A stretch of DNA of 64,000 nucleotides, taken from Paramecium tetraurelia. Taxonomy: Eukaryota. The first letter of the stretch is position 1. Each line of letters starts with the position of its first letter. A program made the position numbers and the translations under genes. Positions 53,640 to 64,000 of this stretch are shown here, in pieces. The notes below the pieces were generated by a model that was not told the DNA's origin, searched no databases, and was given only the letters and a program-made list of their open reading frames with translations. Where the stretch lies: the NCBI GenBank assembly GCA_000165425.1, contig CT868441.1, forward strand, positions 124,001 through 188,000, in the 5' to 3' direction.

Positions 53640-56600
53640 ATGGAGTAAGTTGATTACGAGGAGCTTCTTAAACGATTTCGATATTCTTACGTTAAGCCAA
53701 ATGCTTAATTAAGACAATATTTACAATCTCTGCCTTCTGACTAGTATCCTGAATTGTTTCAAAAGATTGAAAACTTGAATTATGATGCTTTCAAAATCAA
53801 GAGGTTGTTGAGAATGCTCAAGAAGCCACATTAGATACCTCAGTACTTCGATTTGAAATTACGGAATAAGTTGAGAATCAATGAGAATGTGCCTCATGAA
53901 GTCGTTGACTTCAATAAGAAACACACATTAATTTTAACATCCCAACAACAGGGTTAATAATTATTCGACAAATTAAAGGAAGAATTTTTTGTTGATTCCA
54001 AAAACAGGAAGAGTGGTATGTCTATTTTCATTCTATTAAAGATTCACTTACTTTCAAGCATCAATTCTACAAGGCCTTACAGGATAATCTGACTAGTTAG
54101 TGTATTGAATAATGTCTTCGTTTACTTAAGCGATCCGAATAAAATATGGATACCTTATAGATCGTATTAGGTGAATTAGTTAACACAGAATATGATATTA
54201 CTCCCTTATTAGGAGCAATTCATAATGCATTGTCTGAATTTATTAAAAATGATTTATCAATCACATGTTTAAAATTAGCACATTCTTGTGTAAAAGGTGA
54301 TTTAACTAATGCAGTTTAATTTGTTGCTAAAATGATCTAGGGAACTCATGATGAGAATAGAAAATTCGCCTTTCTTGGCACTCTTCCTAATAAATGCGAA
54401 AAGTAAGTGGAAATCATCTATAATTTGGCCGCAATTCTAAATGATGACTAAAAAGTATTTGATTTGGTCACAAGAATGAGAGATCTTAAAGTCCCCCTAG
54501 GCAATTGGGCTCATCTAAAGAAACTATTAAGCATCAATAAGCATACGAATGCCTTCGTCTCATTATTGGTCGTGGATTGGCTATTGGAAAAGAAATAGGA
54601 ATCAAATAGTAAAGATTTAGAGTCAGTTATGGAATAGATTGTCAATGGATTAGCTACAAATGTAATTTAATTTATTCGATGTTTTTTTAGTTTAAGAATT
54701 TTGCCAAAGTAGTTACTCAACCAGTTATGTTCTTGGCTTAATTGAAATGTGTTGTCTTGTATGCACTCTTTTGTGAAGATGATGCTCCAGCCAAATTGAT
54801 GATTGCTATTAATGAAAATCTGAATAAGAATACTGATATCTTCAATCCAAAGAGTCACCTGTGTTAATTGAAGTATTTGATAGCACCATCATGTTAAGAG
54901 GAGAGTCAATTATTCTTGGATTGTTTATTTATGTATTAGGCAATCACCTATGATGAGAATGATCAATTCAATTACCTATTGCCATTAATCATCTTGATCG
55001 CATTCAGTGGCAAGGTTAAGAATAGTGTGAATGTTAAGTCATCTCTAGAATTATTAGCCCTATTCTAAGCAATCGACATCAATATACTTTACAACAAAAT
55101 ATTTAAGACCTTACATGAATTTCTGTATTAAGTCAACCCATACTAAGGAGAAGGCATCAATTTCAGAAAGGACAGATTGATACACTTCGTTAGATTGATT
55201 GTGGTTCAACTTGGAAACAATCAAATTGAATCCCCAAAATACATTTACACTACCTTTTCTCATACATTTATTTCTTAATTGGAATACAAGTTACCCAAAT
55301 ATGAAATCGATGTGAATCCCATCAGTTGGTTCACTAATCGCGGATTGATGAGCAATAATCCATACACTGTTCAATCTATAGTTAATTATTGCAGACTCCT
55401 AGTTGAATAAGGATATGTCGATCAAATTGTTTAACCCATTGAAGAATGGTTGAATCCATCCAACATTAACAAATTAAACAGTTTAGATCACCTAGATGAA
55501 TAATTGGAATAGTTGGAAATTGAATAATACGACCATACTATCTTATAACAAAGTGGATTGAAGTGGATGATTGATGAAAAACCTGTGGATGAGGCTGAAT
55601 TGCAATTACAGCAACAACTCAAAAAGTTTGAAAACAATAACGCAGTCCTTATGGATGAAGGAGAAGCGAAGTAGCAAATGTTATTGAAATAGAAGAATAA
55701 GATGTGTTTATAATATTCATTGTGCTTAAAATTATTTGAAGGACTTCTTCACACAAAGGCCAAAGAATAGTTTATCACAAAATACTTTGATAAGATATCA
55801 GCCTTTGCTAAAGAAATCTCAACTAGATATGATTGCTGCATGTACTTACTCAAGTATTTCGAAACCAATCCATTATTATAGTAATTTAAATGGCCTCTTA
55901 CTTACTTCTTTTTGGAACGCAGTATGAATTCTATCCCTAGTGATAAGATTCTAGAAAAAATAAATTAATTCCAAGATTGCCTTCTGAAAGACATCAAGAA
56001 CCCACCCATCCATCTAATTCATTTAATGAACTTATACATAATCAACCAAAATTCCTTCACTCCCATTACCAAGTTCAAAGCCTTTGCAATCATTCTGAAA
56101 TATAAGGATTAATTAGCCATTTCAGAATACTTTACGCCATTTGTACTCAACATCAATATCTGTGGACATGCCAAGAATGCAGGATAAGTATTGCAACTAA
56201 TCTTCAACAAAGAAAGTCAAGAACATTACCATTTATTCTTTAACAATATTTTGAATCTTGTCCCAGAAGCTCAAAATTTGATCTTGAGAACAATACCAAG
56301 TTTACCTGATAGTTTCGACATTCACATTAAGGTTAGAGTCTTAGCTGAGTTTGATGAAACAAAGGACAGTGCCCTACCTTTTGTAGATAAGGAATTTAAG
56401 GTCTTGAACTAGCTCTAGAAATGGGACATTGTGAGTTTTGTGAAGAAATTCCCAAGAGAACATAGTGAAGTCATGATCAATCTATTGAATGAAGTGAATG
56501 GATTCCCAGAGATGATAATCTAAGCAGCATCTAAGTTGGTTGCTGATTAATAATTATAAGAGGAATAATTGGAATTCTTCCCTTATTTTGTTAGCAAATA

Positions 56601-59600
56601 AATAAACACTTATCCTAAATAATTGATTGGAAAAACCATCGATTTGTTAATTCAATACTCCTCCACTCCAGAAAGATAATAATTGGCAGTACTATGTAGA
56701 GAAGCAGGAGTCTTATTAATTAAATGTTTAGGTAAAGAGAGCTCGAGTGATATATTGAATTAAATTGAAACTCATCTACAATCGAAAAATACTTGTGCAT
56801 CTATTCGTGCCATAACATTTTTGGGTGTTCTGTCCTAATTTTTATAAGGACACAACCAGCGTAAAACTCAAGAATAAATTGTCTAACTGTTTAGAAACAG
56901 CGACAAAGATTCATAATTGGAATTAGCTCGTTCTTTATAAGAATTATTAAGCTTCTTCCCTGATACTGAAAACCTGGTTATTGAATTATTGAAATCTAAT
57001 AAGTAAGAGAAGGATGAGAAAATAAAGAGAGGAAATGCATATATGATAGCAGGGTTAATCAAAGGTTTGGGTGTAGAGATGATGGAAAAGTTGGGAATTT
57101 TGGAATTATTAGAAGTGAAAGAGAAAAAGGAGAGTCTGGAGGATAAATTCTATGTTCTCATATAATTATAAGCCATGATTGAGTTATTTTAAAAGATCTT
57201 AGAACCATATGTGTTGAAAGTGATGGGCATTTTAATGAAATATTTCGGAGAAGGAAGAGTGGAAGTACGTAATTTAGCTATGACCAATGCAAGTAGACTA
57301 TTGTAATCCCTCTCAAGTTACGGTGTTAAGATTATGCTTTAACCATTACTTGAAGGTCTAGATTCTGATACTTAATGGAGAGCCAAAGTAGCCAATATTT
57401 GGGCATTAGGACATTTGGCACATTGTTCACCAAAATAATTATCAAGTTGTCTTCCCTAGATTGTCAATTCCATCTCTAAAGCAATTTCAGATACTCATCC
57501 TGATGTAAAAGCAGAAGCCAATAAATCATTGAATGAAATAGGATCTACTATAAAAAATCCTGAAATTTCAAGTATTGCAGACATCCTCATTATTTCATTG
57601 TCCAATCCATATGACGAGAATTTAAGAGGATTATAAGTTGTATTGGAGACTAAGTTCAGACATTACATTGATGCTCCAGCTATGTCATTATTGATTCCAA
57701 TTATCGATTATGGTCTCAGAGCATAGGACAGTAATTAAAGAAAATAAGCTTCTATATTAATTGGAGGATTGCCTCATCTAATATAGAAGAGTGATGATCT
57801 AGTGCCATATATGAATTTAATCGTTGGAGGATTGGAAGTAGTGATAGGGGATCCCTTATTGGAGGTCAGAACAGTAGCAGCCAAAGCAATAGGTTAATTA
57901 TCAAAGAAGATTGGAATTGAAAATACTAAAACATTCTTCAAGTTTATTTGGGATGTCTTAGAGAATAAGGAGGCAAGCACAAATAAGAGATCAGGTGCAG
58001 CTCATGCCTTTGCTGAGATTTCTTGTATTCATGGAGATATCTATTTGGAGGAATAATTACAATTCATTTTCAGTCAGATTCAGAGACCAGAAGTATTTGT
58101 TAAGGAAGGATATATTGGAATATTTATTTACATTCCTAGTATTTTGTAATAGAAGTTTGAAAACTATGTGAAGGATGTAATTGAGAATGTTTATGAATGT
58201 GTTAGTCATGAGGATGATATAGTAAGCAGTATCACCTTGAGAGTGTTGAAGATTTTAATTAAGAATTTCGGTATTTTGTAGAATGAATTACTGTATCCAT
58301 CATTGACAGAGACTATGTTGAATGAGGATGCCAGGAAACGTAATGCAGGAACTATTTTGAGTGGTGAGATGCTCAAAATAACATAGAAGTATGTGTTTGC
58401 TCAATTAAATAATCCAGAGAGTCATCAATATATTAATATCGATCTCTATTATTTGAATTTGATGACATTATATACAATGCAATAGGATGTAGCAGATGTC
58501 GTCAGACAAAATGCAGTCGCTATTTGGAAGGAATTCATAGATAACACTCCTAAGACTTTGAAGAAAGGATTGAAATAATACGTTATTTAATTGTGTAATA
58601 TTATGAGCAGAGATGGTGTTGTGTAGAATGGTATTAACAGTATTAGGAATTTCTGTGAGAAGTATGGTGAGACATAGATGAGTGAGGCATTCAATCATAT
58701 AGGTTATATCTTATAGAATTACTAAGACAATTTGTCATTGGTCAAGGGAGCCTATTCAGTTTTGAATCAGATTTACATTCACATCTCATTGGACATAGCT
58801 ACAAGATACAGAGATTAATTCATAGAATATTCAAGAATCTATATCTTCTGCCAAGACAACCTAATTAAATCTTAATTGTTTTAATCAATAGGTACAATGA
58901 TCAACAAAGTGAAGTAGACTACTTTTGTGGAGTTGATCATCGAACCATATTTGATTGATTTGTCTAATATGAATGAAACTGATCCTAAATATTCTGGCTA
59001 TTTAGAAGTGTTCTCTAGATTATGCTAATTGAATTAGACTCTAGTATTGCACTATTTGATAGTGTTGATTTTGGTACCACCACTCCATCAATTCAAAATT
59101 GATATTCTAACTAACAATGCATCCACCTTCTCTAGTGTCATCTACAAGAAGTATGAAAACAAAGTTCCAATCCAGATCTTGTTTAACGATCTCTATCATT
59201 GTGCTGATTTCAATGCTCACTATGAATGGAATGATAGAACTGAATCTCTCATCTACTGTATTCAATAATTGAGTATTCACATCAAATCTGATACTGAGAA
59301 CTACTTGGCAATCTTTATAGAAGATATCCTTCGATAATTATAAGCTAAAAGCAAACCAATCTTTGAATCTGAAGCACACCCTAATGACTTTAAACATTGT
59401 CTAATTCCCTTGGAAGTGTTGTAATACTTCTTACAAAATACATCTGAAGACCATCAACAATTCTCTCAAGCTATCATCGAGAAAGTAGCTCCTTTCTTGT
59501 ATCTATAAACAAACAGTCTTTCAAAGCAATAACTTGAAAAATTCTACACTTTAGCCAATAAGATCATTTATGCAATCAATAACACATTAGAAAAGCAACA

Positions 59601-60651
59601 TCATTTCGATAATATGCGTAACATCCACACTTGTTTCATGAATCGTATCAATATCCAAATAATACCTGGTCTCAGTATCTAAGATGGAGCAGGAATAGAA
59701 CCCTATGTTTCCATGCTCATTGACAGTTTTGTTTATGGCAAAGAGGAAACATTCAAATATGCCTATGACTTCATGAAGATCCTTATTAGATCAGCTGACA
59801 CACAATAACTCCAAATCTATATTCTTAAATTGGCCGGTTCTCTTATACGTATCCTGAATTACAAGGGCAATAATTCAATGAAGGTGCTTGCATTGTAATT
59901 GCTACACCAATCCCAAGAGAAAGGACTTGTGCTGAGATAATTCAAACCACAATTGGCTGTCACCTATGAAAAACTCATAATTGACATCAACCTAGTAGAC
60001 GGAGGATTGAAACAACTGTCAAAGAATTATAGTTAATTCCTTAAGTTGCATGATAAAAAGGTAATATGATTATTCTATCAATACTAGGATCTACTCTTGA
60101 ATCAACTCTTTAATAAGGGTGTCTAAAGTGCCACTTAAGAGGCTAGAGAATGCCATTTGAAAATAGTGAAGAAGGCAATCAAGGATCAATAAGAATAAGT
60201 GTTTTCATCAGCTGTCTTAGAAAAGTTCTTCACGCTCTCAAAATAATATTTTGAGAAGTGCATTCAAAGTTAGAAATTTGATGCTGCTTCTCCTTGTGAA
60301 TTGAACCGTCTAGGTATCTATATCGATTATATTCAATTAGCTCACATTCTTGCATTAACATACAACTACACCAATAAAAACAACAAAGAGTAATACGTTC
60401 AGAAGTACATTAAATTTGATCAATATGGATTACTTTTAAGATTGCAATTTGTCAGATATTAAAATAAAGATTTAATACCTGAAACAATATCATATGCTGT
60501 CGAATAAATCAATACTAGTGACAACATGACTTACGTGCTGCAATTACTGAGAACCTTAAGAAAATTCCCCAATCTTTCAGTCAGACAATAATTAAAGCCT
60601 AAATTCATGGAGATCCCACAGATTTTAAGTGCGTTATCAAGATTATAATGA
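53640..60651 (+). CDS. GCN1: GCN1, HEAT-repeat activator of eIF2-alpha kinase GCN2
   Basis: [31 protein letters not shown]...DTHPDVK...IGSTIKNPEI...HYIDAPAMSLLIPIIDYGLR, plus DPLLEVRTVAAKAIG and RSGAAHAFAE. ATG 53640, TGA 60649-60651. Confidence 0.92.
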
Positions 60652-60681
60652 TATAAAATATATTAAATAACAGTCATAATA

Positions 60682-61236
60682 ATGATCTAGTCTTTCTAAC
60701 AACAATGCGAGCAGCTCCAATCTGAAAACTAAGAAAGTAATAACTCATACCATATTCTAGTCATAAAATAGTTAAACAAACTCAAGTAAAGTGCACTCGA
60801 AAAGAATCAAGAAATATTGAAATTGCAAAATCTAGTTAAAGGAGTTGATTAAGAATACTAGCCAATTCGTGATAAAATACAATCAATTAAGGACTAGCTT
60901 CTAGATTCAGAACTCAATAAAGAAGCAATAGTTGATTCATTCGATGATCTTGAGAATATGATCATAAGCTAGATTGCTGAGTAAATTAAGCAAGGCAAAA
61001 AGGGTAAAAGAATACAAAAAAAGGAATCTCCATCAAAGGGAAAAATTAATAATGAAAATGACCAAAACACAATCAATCTAAGAAAACGAACAATTAAGTC
61101 ATAACATTTTGATGAAAATCCTGAAACAAGTGAATCTAGTGAACCTATCAAAGTCTAGAAAAAGAAAGTCAAAACTAATTCAGAAGCCATCGATAAAGCT
61201 AATTGTCTAATTAACGAAATATTTAATTTTAATTGA
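60682..61236 (+). CDS. Small coiled-coil hypothetical protein
   Basis: Starts MIQSFQQQCEQLQSENQE. One probable 24-nt intron. Ends INEIFNFN-TGA. Confidence 0.65.
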
Positions 61237-61273
61237 TCATCATCTATTTAACAATAATTTTATTTATCTATCA

Positions 61274-62458
61274 ATGGGAAATAACAATGTCTGCTTAGCT
61301 GAAATACCTGTCTATCGAACTCATCACACCTCACCAAAGTCAAAAACCAAATGGAAAAGAGAAGATTTAAAATCTGGCTCCTGTATATAAACACTAGTCG
61401 ATAAAGAAAACAATCCAGATTTCTTTATTCATTACCAATGCGGTTAAGAACTACCTTAATACCGCAATAAATTAGCCTAAACTAAATGGTCGGAAGCTGT
61501 TAATAGTAGTATAAGCACAATTAATGATTCGTAACAAACGATTGATTCTTTGATTGACAAGCCTGAATTCAGGGAACTTGTACTATTGGGCCCACCTAAA
61601 TAATTAAGATGGCTCAGTTGGATCAATTTGTTAACCAAATCCTAACCTCCTATTAGTTATGAAAAATATTTAGAAAATCCACCAACAGACATATCGAATA
61701 TTATAAAAGATATAGATCGCACCTTTGTTGATAATGCTTTGTTTTCGCATTAAAGTTGTGGATAGGAACAATTAAAAAGAGTTCTCTGTGCCATATCTAA
61801 TGCTTTACCGACTATGGGCTATTGTTAAGGGATGAACTTCGTTTGTGCTGTTCTACTTATTGTATCTGGTTGTGATGAGCATCAAGTATTTTAAGCCTTT
61901 ATGTAAATGCTTATTAATGAATAACACCTTTTGTGTTTTGCTTTCTCCAATGACATGCCACTCCACTTTTTTTTAACTAGCTTGATACATTATCAAATTA
62001 GAAAGAAATTTCCAAAACTTAACTTAAGTGATATAAGTGATTCATTTTGGTTGAGTAAAATGATTCTATCTTTATTCACTTATGTATTCAAAATGGAAGA
62101 TTGTATAAGATGTTGGGACTATTTGATGGTCCGTGGCATGATCCGTGGTATTCCTGAATTGATTCTTGCATTCATAGATGCTACTTACACTTAATTATGT
62201 AAATTCCAGGAGGAAGATTTTGCTTATAATTTTAAAGGTCCTGAAACTACAACAATCAAATTTAATGTTGGTGAACTCATATATTTAGCCAAGTCTAATC
62301 ATACCTTAGACAGATCATTCATATCTAAATTCGCCAAGAAAATGAGAGATAAAAATAACCCTTCGTAATTATTAGACCTTTTATAATATTACAACAATCC
62401 TCAACTCTACAAGAAGCAAGTATCATTCTATATTAACACTATTTATTATTAATGTTGA
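61274..62458 (+). CDS. TBC-domain Rab GTPase-activating protein with putative N-myristoylation
   Basis: Starts MGNNNVC. IIKDIDRTF (Arg finger) and GYCQGMNFVCAVLL (Gln finger), then CIRCWDYLM. TGA 62456-62458. Confidence 0.92.
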
Positions 62459-63422
62459 TTTATATATATATATTAGTCTTAACAAATATTATTTGATTAT
62501 TAATTGTTCTTTATTAATCCATTTATAATTTAGATGTAATGTAAGAAATTTATTTGTATATATAAATATTAAAAATTGTAATTTGCAATAAGGGATAATT
62601 TAACTTGTCGTTAAAAAATAAAATTAATTATTATATTGTAATGATTATTATTAACTTTAATTACAAATTTTGACATTCAATCAAGATGCCTATAAATTTT
62701 GTAAGTAAAAGGAAATGGGCTTTCAAAGAGAAAAATATATTAAAAGATTAGAAATATTAAGAAAGGATTTAATTTAATTGATATTATTAACGAAATAATT
62801 TAGAAATATATTTGTTATTAAAGATATATAAAAGCAAGCACATAAACAAACAGCAATCTGATAAATATTATAATAATAAATACATATCTGAATAGTGATT
62901 CTGTTATTGCTCATTTCTTTGCCAATTTTCAATATTGAATAATTAAAGTCCATAAAGGTTTCAAGGTGAATTATAAAAATCAAACTATGAAAGAGCCTTG
63001 CTGCAATTGGTTGAATTAAATTCAATGGCAGGAAAATCTCAAGGATGGACTTGAATTTTTTGACTTCAATATTAAGATTAAAATAGATTAAGAAGGCTTA
63101 AGTGAAGAAATTCAAAATTCATCTCAAGAAGTTAGAACCAATCATCAAATCCAGATGCAAAATTACTTCTTTCTTAAAACTTTTAACGCATTTGATTTGA
63201 TATTTTTATTAAATTCTATTATTGAATCAGAATCGATCAATAATATTTCCATAAGATTTTTCATAAATTGATATAAAAATTCAAATGTTTTTTGAGTGTG
63301 TTTTTTTACTTTATTTATTTTTTCTTTTAATTAAAGAGCCATAAATATATGATGTATTCTTAATTATATATTTGAATTCAGATAAGTTGATTACAATTAA
63401 TATTGTAATAATTAAATTAATT

Positions 63423-64000
63423 ATGAGAAAGAAGAGTCAAAGTAAGGGAAACACCCAAAAATTATAAGTTGAAGTTGATATTATGGTTTGATTGTTCTAT
63501 ATACTCGTAGGAATAACGAATTGTTGGACTTAAATAAATATTGCAATCTCAAAAAGAGTCTGCTAAAGAAAAAATGCAAATGAGCTAAGGATCCACAAGA
63601 TGGTCGGCAGCTTCCACTAATGTTCCTCTTAGAAGTACGTGAGTAATTACTAAGATAGATTATGGGAAACATGTTTTAGAAAAACATAGGGAAGTTGCAA
63701 AGACATTCCAACAGAAAAATAAATTAAACAAAGTGCCATCTAGGCCATCCTCTCGCTCTAGTTCACTTTCTAAACAGAGCAAGCAATCAGAAACTTAATC
63801 ATAATAGAATCAGAGCTATTTGACTTAGAGTCTGAATTTTGCAGGGAAGAATTCAGCAAATGAAAATTTGAAACGAGCACTTCAAGTCTAATAATGTAAA
63901 TCTAACAGACTTAGATTAGTTAGAATACTCTAATGAAGTTGTCAAATTCCTCAATTCCATTAATCTTGATAAACATGCTGGCGTAATACTTGAAAATGGA
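63423..64000 (+). CDS. Hypothetical protein with probable SAM domain, 3'-truncated by window edge
   Basis: Starts MRKKSQSKGNTQKL, with tiny introns. Last exon NEVVKFLNSINLDKHAGVILENG resembles the first helices of a SAM domain. The last splice site is uncertain. Confidence 0.6.

Noticed and set aside
62987..63271. About 95-codon frame MKEPCCNWLNQ...
   Set aside because: No recognisable motif. It may be a pseudogene remnant, but it cannot be supported as a gene.
715..63672. Fragmented short ORFs suggesting many pseudogenes or antisense genes
   Set aside because: Breaks fall at TAA/TAG (Gln) or tiny introns. Opposite-strand ORFs such as 7528-7830, 17345-17632 and 42355-42633 are shadows of real genes.
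1..64000. tRNA/rRNA genes, telomeric repeats, retained IESs, transposons, Sec-type in-frame TGA
   Set aside because: None recognised by eye. The gene models close without TA-bounded insertions or TGA read-through. Short ncRNAs could be missed without a covariance-model search.

Overview
This is AT-rich eukaryotic DNA from a ciliate macronuclear genome, very probably Paramecium. TAA/TAG read as Gln, TGA is the only stop, introns are tiny (about 20-33 nt, GT..AG), and intergenic spacers are often under 30 bp. The supplied ORF track uses the standard code, so it only shows fragments and antisense shadows. I re-read the window by hand in translation table 6 and found about 27 genes. These include beta-adaptin, three tandem TmcB/TmcC-like multi-pass PAS proteins, an AGC kinase, an Era GTPase, a giant coiled-coil protein ending in a degenerate kinesin-like domain, a PH + permuted NlpC/P60 protein, a double-MSP VAP-like gene, an EF-hand protein, an AIG1/septin-like GTPase, a four-domain cation channel, an M20 amidohydrolase, an RCC1-repeat protein, GCN1, a TBC RabGAP and several ciliate-specific hypothetical proteins. 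Four observations stand out: (1) the PAS-protein triad shares a sharply bounded, near-identical 276-436 nt tract inside otherwise diverged paralogues, and its introns are present in a mosaic pattern; (2) the single-chain channel has a D/D/D/D pore motif and two charge-depleted voltage sensors; (3) a putative Vik1/Cik1-like pseudo-kinesin; (4) a recent in-frame intragenic MSP duplication. I saw no rRNA, tRNA, CRISPR array, transposon or telomeric repeat. All gene models and mismatch counts are manual, and no database searches were run.
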